A DNA stretch of 63,766 bases, the filler included, from Octopus bimaculoides (lineage: Eukaryota): the NCBI RefSeq assembly GCF_001194135.2. It is 7 parts of 5 records of this genome, joined end to end, with 100 filler letters (N's around TTAATTAATTAA, not from the genome) between each part and the next. Parts side by side here need not be neighbours in the genome. Positions count along the whole stretch, not along the records: positions 1 to 7,642 come from NC_068987.1; positions 7,743 to 28,516 come from NC_068996.1; 5 more parts are not named here. One strand, given 5' to 3'. This document shows positions 1-13,548 of this stretch, one piece after another; position 1 is the stretch's first letter, and every line of letters starts with the position of its first letter. Made by a program: the position numbers and the translations under genes. The notes under the pieces are model-generated. The model was given only the letters and a program-made list of their open reading frames with translations. It did no database searches and had not been told where the DNA came from.

Positions 1-365
1 TATATATATATATATATATGTATGTATATTTATACATGTGACTTCGTGTTCAGCCACATTTATAATAGTATAAATAGAGAGAAATAGAACTGTGGTGGCT
101 ATACAGGAGGAAAATGGGACGGTTTACAGTACAATATGTACATTCGTACATTCGTCTCGAATGTACGAATGCACATAAGCAATTTTTTCATAGAATTAGT
201 AGATTAAGCTCACTCAAACAATTTGCATATTTTGCATGCACATATTCAAATATTCACGAGTACACATATACATATACTCAAGCGCGCGCACACACACATA
301 CACACATATGTATTCTGTGTTTACATATATATATATATGTAATTATATGATATATAATGTACATA

Positions 366-427
<62 letters not shown>

Positions 428-686
428 TGTATAATGCATATTATATACATATATATATGTATATATATATATATAATATACATACATACGTACATATATA
501 CATACATACATATGCACACACACTCGGTGCAATTTTTAATATTGTCTTTTTTTTTCATTTATATATAATTATATATAGATAATATAAATATGCGTACACT
601 TATAGACAGACCGACACATTGACAGAGGGAGACAAATAGAGAGACAGACAGACAAACGGACAGAAGACAGACAGATAGACAGAAAA

Positions 687-687
687 C

Positions 688-752
<65 letters not shown>
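687..752. repeat. (AGAT)n microsatellite
   Basis: Direct reading. Confidence 0.95.
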
Positions 753-753
<1 letters not shown>

Positions 754-1058
754 TTACAGTTGTCTGGCCGAATATTCGTCTGCCTCTTCCTACCTAATAT
801 TTTATATTTTCTGAAATATGTTTCGTACAATTGTTGTTTTGGGTTAGTTTTTTCGTTGATGTTGTGACTGTCTTTTGAGTTATATTCGTTGTTTTGTATG
901 TTTGTTTCTTTGTTTGCTTGTTTTTACTTATTTCTATATAGATAATGGCTCTGCCTACGTTGTTTAATGCCCCGATCTTGTTTTTTGTTAATTTCTTTTA
1001 CTGTTCTATTCTAGCCTTATTTATCATAACAATTTCGTAGCAATTGTACATGTAGTTT

Positions 1059-1095
<37 letters not shown>

Positions 1096-1959
1096 TTTAG
1101 TTGTTTCTCTTTTTCTGTTGTTGCTGTTGAGGTTTTCTCGCCTGTATATAGTTTTTTTCTTAGTTATTTTATTTATCTAACCATTTATTTATTATTTATT
1201 ATTTTTATTTTTATATTTTTTGCTGTTACCAATTATGTTATTGTACTTAATCCCGCGTTTGTTATCGCTGTTCTTCATACTGTTGTCTTACTTTTATAAC
1301 TATTGTTTACGGCAATTTTTTTCATTATCATTCTATACGGCTATTGTTTTGTTTGTTCGATTTTTCTTCCCATTTGGTTTTTGTTCCAACACTCTAGCTA
1401 CAATGTTCTCATTTTTTGCCTATTAATGTCATTGTGTATATTAACGTTGTTGTTGTAGTTGTTACTGTTTATTAATTTACTCCGAAGTAATATTTCAATA
1501 AGAGTTATTAGTGTATTATAGTGTAGATCGTGGAAACGTTAATGTATCGAGCAGTCAGCCGGGATATCAGTGGTTCTCATTCGGAACCTGGTTCTACGAA
1601 GTGTATATTGCTAACAAATTCAGTTCTCGACGATTAAGCACATTTAGCAACGTATAAGTACCATAAGAATCGTTTGATTCTTCAACTCACTTTTTAAGTT
1701 CTCATGCAAGAAAAATTCTTGCAAGCCTTTGTTGCCGAACGGTAAGGAAACTGCGGATAAATTATGTTCCTAAATTATTTTTGTCATATTTATCTTTTCA
1801 AAGCGGGAACCTGACCGTGGTTGCTTCACCTCTTGACATGTTCCACAGGCAAGCCAGGGCAAGACGTCCTGCGAGCAATATTAGCAAAATTTCCCCTCTT
1901 CCTTTCTTCCTCACTCTCTCTCCTCTCTCTCGCAGTCTCTGACTTTCTCTCTCTCTTTT

Positions 1960-2007
1960 CCTCCCTTTCTCTCTCTCTTTTCCTCCCTTTCTCTCTCTCT
2001 TTTCCTC

Positions 2008-2091
<84 letters not shown>
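1960..2091. repeat. (CT)n microsatellite
   Basis: Direct reading. Confidence 0.95.
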
Positions 2092-2092
<1 letters not shown>

Positions 2093-2647
2093 ATCTTCTT
2101 ATGGGAAAGAGACATTGACTTAATGTATTTCTGGAAGTATACTATCTGAAAAATCAGAATCGACGTTTATCGGTAGAGGGCTTTTGATACTATATCGGTT
2201 CGACCGAGATTCTAACTGATTACAAACAACAAAACCAAAGTGACCGAAGTTAAGGCTTAAAATATTAAAGAAAAAGAAGAAATGGTAGAAATTTATCGAA
2301 ACATTTAATTCAATTTCTTTATATATTACTGTTTTGAGGTATTGATGCAGGTGACGTTAAATATCATTTAACTTGATTTTCACACCACTGACCTTACACT
2401 TTTGTACTTTGGTGTATATAACTGAGATACATTGGAACATTGCGTATTTATTTTCCACTTCAGGGCGATTTTCCAGATGCCAAACACATCTTTCTATTCT
2501 GAGTGTATCTATATATTTTGATATATCCCTTGAGTAAACTATACATTCATTCATATTGAACGCATTTCATTGTTTATTTCAATCTTCCTGATGCTTCATC
2601 AATTCTTTAAAAAATTTTAATAAGTGGACATTGGAAAATGCATTTTT

Positions 2648-2682
<35 letters not shown>

Positions 2683-2843
2683 TCTGTCTGTGTGTGTGTG
2701 TGTATACTACTGTATATATGATGGCTGTTTGCTCGCAATCGAGTAAGGCCATCACTGGCCATTGCTCACGCAAAATGTCAGCAATGTGTTTTTTATTATT
2801 TCTATTTAAGAGCAGTACATTGGAGAGCTATAAACGATTGGGG

Positions 2844-2904
2844 TGGCATCTGTCACTGAAGAAGTATATTTATAAGGAAACACGTGTCTGGTTGTCCGAT
2901 GCCA
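2844..2904 (+). ncRNA. Decayed minimal hammerhead-like motif
   Basis: CUGAAGA (2856-2862), GAAA (2877-2880), perfect palindromic helix III ACACGUGU, GUC triplet. Stem I GUCA/UGGU plus distal UGGCAUC/GAUGCCA. Stem II poorly paired. Confidence 0.5.
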
Positions 2905-3719
2905 TTATTCAGAACTCTGCCCTTTCTGTTTTCACAAGTATAATCTACCAGGAGAATAAATTCTTTGAGACAATAACTGCATAGTACAGAGGACGTCCTT
3001 TTCATTTGGATTCTACTGGATGTTTATGCCAAATACCCAACTAAATGTGGGATACTTAGCCACTTACACTACAGAATTTTCTATTATTTATGACCTCGAG
3101 CATTCAGATGATCGCTCAACTAATATGTGTTTTGTATGAGAATCCCACAAATATGTGGAAGCTTTACGTAATTTCAGGCTTAAACAACGCAACAGAATAG
3201 GCTGCTTTAGGTGTGACTTAAGTTACAATGTCATGCGATTTTGACCTACACAAATTCATACTGTCAAGGATTGGAAGGAATCGAAACTATGCTAAAATTT
3301 ATTTGCTGAAGATGTTGACTCGTAGTTTCATGATTGCGAGATAAACTTCTATTTCACTCAACAACTCTGGTGTCTTCTTACACTGGCATTCAAAATGTCG
3401 GTAGTTAAGTAAGCATTTTCATTCCTTTGAATTTTAATATTCATTTCTGTGTCAATGAATAGATGTGGTATAATTTAATGAGACGCAAGACGGCCAGTGC
3501 AGTTGTTATTCTTTTTTACATTCACATAAAATAATAATCTCTGTTGGATAGCTAAGCTCATAATGCATGATTTATATCTATATAGGAATAGGATCCCCCG
3601 AGAGTAAAGTAGGAAAAATTACATCAATTGCACTTTTAGAAGCTGAAGCGTTGTATATTTTTTTTGTTAGTGTTAATGTGTGTGTGTTGTATGTGTGTGT
3701 AAGTATATGTGTGTGTATG

Positions 3720-3767
<48 letters not shown>

Positions 3768-3769
3768 AT

Positions 3770-4510
3770 CCTAAATGCATTGCTGTATGGATGCGAGTTG
3801 TGGACGCTACCGTAATTATCTTAAGCTACAGTTTCATCAGCGCTGCCTCCGACGCATTTTAGAGATAAAATACTATCAAAGAGTCTATGTATGAAGGTGT
3901 GAAGGTTTTTGAGCAATCCCAAATACCAAGCATGGATTCACTATCCACTAATGACAGAGGCTCAGCTAAGATTGACTGGACACCTCGTGCGCATGTAGGT
4001 CAACAGGCCACTAAACCAGCTCTTCTACAGTAAATTGACAGAGGGCCCTTAATCAAGAGGACGGGCGAGGCTTCGCTATAGAGCAGAGGTCGACGTAAAT
4101 GGGGTAAAAATGAAATACTGGAGGGTAATCAGGACTCATTAAACAAAAGTAAAATTAATAGAAATCGTATTCCCTGCTATCTATGATTTTCCTCCTTTCG
4201 AATCAAGGGGTAACGTTGGCTTCAATAAATATATTTTGGGGCAATTGGTTAAAAAAGTTCCCCGACCCCTGTTATAGAGACACCAGGGATAAAACACTCC
4301 AGAAAGTTGACGAAGAACAATGGGAAATTATGGTCACGAACAGGTCTGAATCGAGGCAAGCAATTCGCAAGAGAGCAGAAGCCTACGAAAGTGAAAATGA
4401 GGCAGCCAAGTGGAAAAGAGTGCGTAATAAAGGCTAGAACAAACAAAGGAGAGCATTTCATTGTGTGTCTGGTATCCGGCCGTAGATTCGACAGAAACTG
4501 AAAGAAGATC
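3770..4510 (+). mobile_element. RTE-clade LINE 3' fragment (degenerate)
   Basis: Motifs LLYGCELWTL, QLRLTGHLVRM..RPLNQLFYSKLTEG and [24 protein letters not shown], followed by a decayed zinc-finger-like tail; typical RTE C-terminus. Confidence 0.8.
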
Positions 4511-4514
4511 CTCG

Positions 4515-4548
<34 letters not shown>

Positions 4549-4639
4549 TATATGTATATATATATATGTATGTATGTATATGTATGTATATATATATATA
4601 TGTATGTATGTATATGTATGTATGTATATGTATATATAT

Positions 4640-4687
<48 letters not shown>

Positions 4688-6083
4688 TACATCATATTAT
4701 ATTATATTATATCATATATGTATATATATATATAATGTATGTATGTATGTATGTATGTATNNNNNNNNNNNNNNNNNNNNNNNNNNNNNNNNNNNNNNNN
4801 NNNNNNNNNNNNNNNNNNNNNNNNNNNNNNNNNNNNNNNNNNNNNNNNNNNNNNNNNNNNNNNNNNNNNNNNNNNNNNNNNNNNNNNNNNNNNNNNNNNN
4901 NNNNNNNNNNNNNNNNNNNNNNNNNNNNNNNNNNNNNNNNNNNNNNNNNNNNNNNNNNNNNNNNNNNNNNNNNNNNNNNNNNNNNNAGATAAATAGAAGT
5001 ATGTATATGCGCTTATACATATGTATGTGTGTGCATATATGAATGTGTATGTGAGCGTGCGGAGTGTGTATTGGTGTACTTACAGAAACTGAACGAATGA
5101 GGGTTAAATAACTTCGATAACAACTCATATTTATTAGCAACTATAAATACAAGCAACTATTAGCATACACCTACATACCAACACATTTAGCCATATGCAT
5201 ACACACTCAGATATTATACAATATGTGTGTGTGAGAGAGAGTGTCAGTGTGTGTTTGTATGTGTGTATGTGAGTATGTGTGTGTGTGTGAAGGTGAAAAT
5301 AAATATACTGTAACATCACATACACATGTATATGTTTGTGTGTGCGTGTGTGTGAGTGTGTCTTGTCCTCGTTCATATATCTATGAACTTCATATCAATT
5401 TCACGACATTATGAAGATGCATTGTAATACAGGAAAAATATACAAAAAACAACAGCGTTTATAAAATCAATAGAGTGCTGATAGATAATATAAAGCTACA
5501 GGGAATCGAGAGTAAATTTGGCGAAAGTGCGCTCAGTCTTAGCGTATTATAGTCTAGATATATTCTTTTATAATCCTTTCACATCTGAGGAAGAGGTTTT
5601 GTGTCGAAAATATAATATATTGATAGATGTTATTGTTGCTTTTGTTGTTTCTATAATTTTTTATTCACTCATAGCTTTTGTTGCGTTTTTCCCTTTTTTT
5701 ATGTTTTTAGTTTTTACCTAATTTAGGTCGTACGTTCCCCATTTCATGCTCAATGATTTTAATACAATATCAACTCTCCGTTAAATGGTGATTTATCGAA
5801 ATACTATATCAAATATATAAGCTTCCCTCGGTGTGTATTTGTCGTTTTCTGGCTGATAGTGGAAGTATGGATACGTTGTATCGTACGATGTCTTTTCATA
5901 TGTATGCGATGTGTTAGATCTTGTGTGTACTCACAGTTCTGTGATTCTTTCTTTGCTCCCATCTGTATTATCTTTGCAGTGTGTCTGTCACACTCAAGCA
6001 CACACACGGATATGTCCGTATACAAGTGTGTGTGTCTGTGTATGTGTGTGTGTGTGTATGTGTCTGTGTGTGCGTGTGTGTGC

Positions 6084-6138
<55 letters not shown>

Positions 6139-7590
6139 CATACATACACACAGACACACACACACACATATATATATATACAAACACACACATGCCCAGA
6201 CATCGATTTCAGTAACTGTGCTTAGTATATCGCTCCTGTACTAGCAGAAAGAGTATAATCAAGATAATAAGGATGAAAGGTAAAGCAGTATAGTATAGGA
6301 CACCATCTGAAACATAACTAAATATCACAAATGATTATACATGCGTATGTATATACATACATGCACACACACACACACACACATTCACACACACATTCAC
6401 ACACACATTCACACACACATACACACCTCTCCATATACCAAGTGAAAGAAAGATGCAGACAGAGTGACAGGTACGTACATACGTACGTACATACATGCAT
6501 ACATACACACATACATACATACATACATACATACATACATACATGTGTGAATGGATGGATGGATGTATGGTCTATTGGTACAATCATGACCACCGGAATT
6601 TGAATTTAGGGCCATTTGGAATTATACGTCAATGCAATATTTCAGTTGTTTAAGTATGTTTTTACAAATGTGTGTCGTATACTTGTCAATTTTCGCATTT
6701 TACTTCCATATTAATCTTTCCACATTTGTGAAGCGATTCGATAATTTGGAAGGATGGTGTCCAATCATTTTTGACTGTATACCTTTGTTTCATGTGTGGT
6801 GTTGTGGATGATATACTTCATGTGTTACTAAAAATAACACATGTAAAAATAGATATTCACACTTCAATAAACAAATACTTAAAACAAAATTGGAACAACA
6901 TCGTTATCATAAAAAAAAAATCCGAAAAATTCAATATTTAAGAGTGATAAAAGTAATATTTTCAGATTCATGAATAAAAATGAATATATTGCAAAATTTT
7001 AAAATTTACTTAACAACGAAAACAAATTATAATGATACGGAAAGATATTACCGACGCAAACTTTCTCAAATAAATAGAGGAAAACATCTTTCTCTATTGT
7101 AAAACAGATTAACGATGTCAGTAATGTCTTCAGACTAGACATAGTAAATTTGATTACCAATGTTCTATTTGCAGGAAAATGGAATCCATTTTATAGAACA
7201 TATTGATATATATAGACATTACAACATTTGTTGATATGATTAATATCTGTACAACAGGATTATTTTGTCGATGTCTACAAGGTTCACTTTTATTATATAA
7301 ACAAATGACAGGTCTCTAGTGTATATTTAGAGTCTCCCCAAATCGAGTCGCAACTTCTTCCCTTGAGGTGTGACAGCTCCCCTAAAATAGATGTGTGATT
7401 AGGATGTCGCAGTAAAGAATCGCAAGGCGAATTATTGAAGTTAAAATAACCGGCGGAAACCTACAAGCAGACCAAGAACGATATGGCTGAGTAATATCCA
7501 TAGTGTCAGTTGGTCACGGTTTGTAATCCAGCCGGAATGATGGAAAGTTTAATGACGTTTGTTTCTAAGATCTTTATATGTATATGTATG

Positions 7591-7642
<52 letters not shown>

Positions 7643-7742
7643 NNNNNNNNNNNNNNNNNNNNNNNNNNNNNNNNNNNNNNNNNNNNTTAATTAATTAANN
7701 NNNNNNNNNNNNNNNNNNNNNNNNNNNNNNNNNNNNNNNNNN
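7643..7742. other. Assembly placeholder: 100-nt N gap containing TTAATTAATTAA (also at 28561, 46488, 56177, 59493, 62135)
   Basis: Identical 12-mer with stops in all six frames, centred in N runs; not biological sequence. Confidence 0.95.
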
Positions 7743-10117
7743 CTAGACAACACTTGCCTCTCTACTCTCACCTTCCTTTTCAAGTGATACTTGAAAAAGT
7801 CTATGAGAGATTGACCAGAGAGGAAAGTATTTGTCTCTAATCCTTTCAGACGCGTCCACCAGATGCATTCTTTCGCCATAGCCACAAGTACAATAAATAC
7901 AGCTCTTCCTTCCCGTTTAAAGGAAGGAGGCGTGACGATATTGACGATAGACTCGGTTGATAAACCGACTCGTCCCACACGTGACAGCAGTCGTTCGACA
8001 TAAGCCCACAGCTCCGAAATGGTTGGACACTGCACGAGTGCGTGCAGAACGGTCTCGTCGCTCTGACCGCATCTCGGGCAGGTCGGCCTCGTGTTTCACG
8101 AACCATGTCGGTAGAGCTTATCCCGAACGGGTAGCGCTCCTCGGTAGCACTCCCAGGCTAGAGACCTCTGGACGTTATCCATAGGTCCCGGCCCGAAAGT
8201 CGTCTTGAACAGGCGGGTCAGGTATTCCTCGTCGACGCCCAGGTTCCTCCGAGATCGTCGTCGTACCTCCCCTCCACTAATCCCCTATAGAATGCATTTG
8301 TTGTGATGCAGCCGCTCAAGGTCGACCCGGGACGGCAGCTGCTGCTGGAGAGCGACGCGACACTCGCGTTGGCATTCGCCTAGCCTAGGTCTCTTCTTGA
8401 TCCACGACTGCNNNNNNNNNNNNNNNNNNNNNNNNNNNNNNNNNNNNNAGTCAATACGTACAGAAGCAACGAGAGGGGGCATCACTGACGGACCGAACGT
8501 GCAATGTGGAAAAGTCTTGATAGGTGCCCATTGACGCGAACTACCGAACGGATGCTTTTGTACAAAGCAGCTATCCACCCGCGGAAAACGGGTTCGAAAC
8601 CGGCCGCTGTGACGACCGCTTCCAAGTATTGATGGTCTACCCTATCGAAATCTTTGAATTGATCCAAATTGATCAGGGCCCCACCTATGCCAGGTTCCTT
8701 AACTACCCGCTCTATGATGTAGCGAATCAGATGGAGGTTGTCATGGATGCTTCGGCCCGGCACGGCGCACGTTTGCGCCTTGCCGACCAGTTTCTCGATG
8801 ACAAGCGCCAACCGCTTGGCTAAAACCTTGGCCAAAATTTTCAGGTCTGCATTGAGCAGAGTGATAGGCCTAAAGTTATCTATGCTATTCCCCTTGTTTG
8901 GATCTTTCTTTAGCAGCGTTACGGCTCCTCGGCTCACAAAACCAGGAATGCTCCCATTCTGCTACCAGTTGCAGTACACCGCCGCCAAGACGTCTCCAAA
9001 CAAGTCTGGCATACAGTTGTAAAGCTCGTAGGGCAGACCATCCAAACCCGGAGATTTGTCCCTCGAGCATCCCGACATCGCGTCCCTCATTTCCTCCGCC
9101 GTGACGGCACCTTCGCAGCACTCCACCTCTCTTGTCGAGAGACGTGGCAGGCTGTGCAGGTAGACACTGAAGTCCACCCTGCGTTCTCGCTCGCCACTCG
9201 TCCCGAACAATGGGGCAAAATGCCGCTAAAAGGCCTCGCACGTCTTGCTCTGCTCGAGCAATTCGCGCCCCTGTTCATCTACCAGAGACCGGATGGTGGC
9301 TCTGTTGCCCCGCTGCACCTCCGCCACCCGGGCCTCTCACCATTTGTTGTTGATGATGGCTCCTGTCAAAGCCCTCTTTACTAACGTGCAAATCCGGTCT
9401 CTGAAAACCTGTCTCGACGGGAAAGACGCGTTTAGTTTCCAGTAACCCGGACCCTGCCTATGTGCCTTATCTAAGTCTAGCGCACACGTCACAAGTTTGT
9501 GATCCGTGTAGCTGACTATGTGGAACTGTGGACATCCTAAACTATCTCTATCTCTTGTCCTACACACTATCCTATCTAGATACGATCTCGACGACCCAAT
9601 GCGGTTGCTCCATGTCCACGTTGGACAGTTGAAAGCGTCTCAGCAGGTCTCTGAGGCATTTGCATCCCCTTCTATTGTTGTTTCTCTCCACGTAGTCTAG
9701 ATGCGTGTCCAAGGTAGCATTCCAATCTCCCACTAAAAATAAAGGACGAAACGTTCCCAGGAATACCTCTAGACGTCGAAAGAAATCTGACCGACCTGTT
9801 AAAGGAGGAACATACACTGCTAGCAGCCGAAAAGCGCATCCATCGCTGCCGTCGAAATCTAGCACAACCAGTCTACCCTCCGGGTCTATGAATATCGTCT
9901 TTACTTCGAGATCCAGTACCGCCCATCCTCGGCAGACAGGGAGAAAAATAAATGTTAAATTGTCCGCCAAACATGGACTTTAGGGCCCGCGGCTCATGGA
10001 GTCTGGTCTCACTTATGGCTATGATTTCCAAGTTATGTGACTTGATATCATTTAAGAGGTACCTTTGTTTCCAAGTGACCCCAAGCCACGCACATTCACA
10101 CAGCCAATCTTCGCCAT
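7743..10117 (-). pseudogene. LINE ORF2 (APE endonuclease-reverse transcriptase), disrupted
   Basis: ATG at 10117 gives MAKIGCVNVRGLGS; APE motifs ISETRL and VGDWNATLD; RT NFRPITLLNADLKILAKVLAKRL...LDQFKDFDRVDH...RQ*CPLS (Gly replaced by TGA). The later RT motifs are absent around the 37-N gap at 8412-8448. Confidence 0.92.
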
Positions 10118-10167
10118 GATTCTATTTAAATATGTGCTTTAAAGCACAAAACAAAAGGAACAGTGAG

Positions 10168-12137
10168 TTACTTACCGTTCGAAAGTTTTGTTTCCTCCTT
10201 GGATTTTTCACCAAAGAGGCTATTATACAATTTCTTGCACAAATATTTTTGACATCCCCCTACCGAGTTGGGGTAGAGGGATTTTATTTTGTGGTGCAAT
10301 GCTGGTGATACATGGTAAATTTTAATGTGTTTTGGCGGTGTTGTGCGTGGGTGGTTGTTTGTTTTGATGTCGTTATTTGTGATGTTTGTTTTAGAGTTGA
10401 TGTATTTCATCAACTCTTTGTTTGTAGTGTCTATTGCTGTTAGCATTGTTTTTGGTGTGTTATTATTGGTGTTTATCGTGTAGGAGTTGGGAGTGTTTTC
10501 GGGAGATGTGAATCTCCCTGCTTTGTTGTTGTTTGTTTTTCCTTTTTTGCTCCACTTCCTCCTTCCTTTTTGGGCTATTTTCCATTCCTCATTACTTGAC
10601 TCGTCTTCAGACGAAATCTCTGAAGAATCGGAAGAGGGTAGGGGCATGTTGTATGCATCTGTATTTGCTTGTGTAAGTGGTTGTGTTGTTGTTTTTGTTG
10701 TTGTTGGTTGTTGAATTTTTGGTTGTGGTGTAAGTGATGTGGGGTAAGGGGTGTCAGTTTTTGTATTGTATTTTCTTTTTTCGTCTTGTTTGTTAATTTT
10801 GCAGTTTTTGTAGTGTTTTCTTTCGTTGATGTTGTTGATGTTGCTTTTGTTGTTTTTTGTGTGCATGGCGGTGTGGGCAGGAAGGCTTTTTTTATGGGTT
10901 TAGTTAGTCTTTGTTGTTGTTGTTGTGTTTTTAGGGCAGTCGGACTCTCCTTTTTGAGGTGTGCCTCGCTGTCGCATACGTAACAGCGAGGCCGCCTGCC
11001 CTCTACCACTATATGTAATTTTTGATTTGGTGACAAACGGATGTATGGTGGAATTTTTTGTATTTCTTGTTCGTTTGTGTGGAACAGGATTTGTATGGTT
11101 TTTCCCATCCAGTTGTTTTCTCCAACGGTGATTTTGAGTATATTAATATTGTCCATGTCGACATATATGGCCGATAGCAACCATAGTGTGTCTATTGTTG
11201 GAGGTGCATGCTTTATCGTTACCTTTGTTACTTTTTGGCCAAGGTAACTAGGTATCATTGTTATTTCTGGTGTGCGAAGAGTTAGCGTTGAAAATTTCTT
11301 CGCTAACTCTTCATTTCGAAAAATCACTTGTACACGTGCATATTTGTACCATGTGATGTATGTTTTCTCAGACCAGAGTGAGTGCAAATATTTTTGAATT
11401 ATGTATGTACTGGCCTATTCTGGCCTTCTACTTTTAGTATTTATTACTTTGTATATGATTGTTTTTCTACTGGTTTCCTGTAATGTATGATAGGATATGT
11501 TTAAATGTATTTCATTGTTTTCTTTAGTGATTAACCTTCTCATATCTATTATTTCTCTTGTCGTGTAGGACACAATAGTTTCTCCTTATTTCAAAGCTTC
11601 AGCAAAGTTTGTTTTGTTATTGTTGTTATTGTTGTTGCTGGTGCTGGCACTGGTATTGGTGGCAGATGTGTTATTTGTGACTGTGTCAGTGGTGTTGTGG
11701 CTTGTATTCATTTTGCCTTCCTCTCTTTCGCTTGCTGCTGGTGAAGAGAGCAAAGGTTGAGTTGAACTGTTGCTGCTGCTGCTGTTGTTGTTGTTGTTGT
11801 TGTTGTTGTTGTCGTCGTTGTTGTTGGTGGTGGTGGTAATGATGGCGTCAGCAGAAATGGTGTTGACGTCAGAGACTTTGGAGACGTCGTCTGTATACTG
11901 TTTTGTAACCTTGGTTACAGTTTTGTTTTTGTTGTTGTTGGCGGTGGTGGTGGCGGTGTTAACTTTCATGTTAACACTTGCATCTGTGTGTGTGAAGCCT
12001 TTTTCCTTTTTCTCCATTCTCTCGTTTAAATGTGAGGAAGGGAGTGTAGGAAAATCTATGTCGAACGAAACACTGCCAAATTCAGCGTTCGTTTGACGAA
12101 ATTTCTCATGGCTAGAAGACGCCATCGTCCAAAACAA
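10168..12137 (-). pseudogene. LINE ORF1 (gag-like), with in-frame stop and frameshifts
   Basis: ORF pieces 11586-12137, 10575-11387 and 10168-10866; RPRCYVCDSEAHLKKES is a zinc knuckle with the last Cys lost; low-complexity N/T-rich termini. Confidence 0.8.
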
Positions 12138-12333
12138 AAAATGGCTAGAAAGCCGAAATTAATTTTTAAAATTTGGAAATGTACCACACAGGGCAGATTT
12201 CCGTTGCAAAAAAAACTTGCACCACAGAGTCTATAAGTTGTACAACTTTCTATATAAAATTAACTTTACAAACAAACTTTTTAAAGCATAAAAAAGGCAA
12301 AACTTTCGGAGCCGATACGTCTATAGTTCGTCC

Positions 12334-12451
<118 letters not shown>

Positions 12452-13421
12452 GTAAAACGGAGAAAGAGTATATATTACGATAGGGATGAAATGCATGTAG
12501 TCTAATGGATAGAATACTGACAAGAACTATTTATACAGGCGTATACGTCTTTAAAATGCGTGCTATTTAATGTAATGAAGTATGTGATTGATAATTTACT
12601 TATTAGAAGGACAATTTTTTTTGAAATTTACTAAAAAAGTTTGAATATGCACCGTTAGGAAAATCTTTCAGTATACTTATTGAATATATTTGTCTGGATT
12701 AGAATATCTAAACTCCTTTACATAAATAACTGCATGTTTTCGTTGTTGTTTCTTGTGCACGATTTTGGTCTTGAAAGAATAATGCATTTTGTTAGTGGAT
12801 ATTGTCTTTCAGTCTCAAAGGAAGAGAGAGGGCGAAACGTCTTTATGCCATTATTAAAAAAGAAGAGTGAGTGATGATTGTGATTATGTTTAATAGTTTT
12901 ATTGTGAGTCCAATATATTATTCAGACGAGCTGCTAGTTTGTATGGCTACTGGAAATTTATATATTAACGGGGTATTTTTTGGAGATTACACAACTACAC
13001 TTATTTGTTGATTTATTCAGTTTAGAGAAACTTGATGAAACTGCAGTTTATTCAAAAATTGTTGAAGCTTAATTTTGCTTTATTATTGATTATTTTTCAT
13101 CCCAAATCGAATTTGTTTTGTGAACGGAAGTCGTTCGTGATTAAACTGAGAAAACTATTGTGGTTGCAGCTAGATATTTTTTAATAAAATTCAAGTAATT
13201 TTCCTCCTTGTAATATTTAGATTGCATTTCCCTTCTTCTCCTTACATTTCCGTATTCCCGATATACCTACATATACAAGCAATTTCTATCCCTCGATTAA
13301 TGCTTGACAATGTTCTGTGGTGAAGTAATCCGCACATTTGTCTAGTCGTATTAAAACATTCAAAGTTTCTTTCGTCCGTTATTCGACACTTCCTTTAGTT
13401 TATGGCATGCTCATCTTAAAG

Positions 13422-13548
<127 letters not shown>

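Larger units (their letters stand above)
7743..12300 (-). mobile_element. Near full-length, disrupted L1/Tx1-clade LINE (ORF1 + APE-RT-zinc knuckle ORF2)
   Basis: ORF1 fragments with a CCHC-like knuckle; ORF2 with APE endonuclease, RT and a C-terminal CPRCGQSDETVLHALVQC knuckle. 3' end lost in a gap; 5' boundary approximate. Confidence 0.92.

Noticed and set aside
5580-5632. CUGAGGA...C-GAAA on the plus strand
   Set aside because: Stem II has only 2 bp and stems I and III cannot be formed around a valid NUH.
7687-7698. Recurrent TTAATTAATTAA (six sites)
   Set aside because: Always centred in N runs forming placeholders of about 100 nt; an assembly linker, not a biological motif.
10122-10175. 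Intron that would fuse LINE ORF1 to ORF2
   Set aside because: The spliced product is out of frame with the ORF2 ATG and hits TGA within nine codons.
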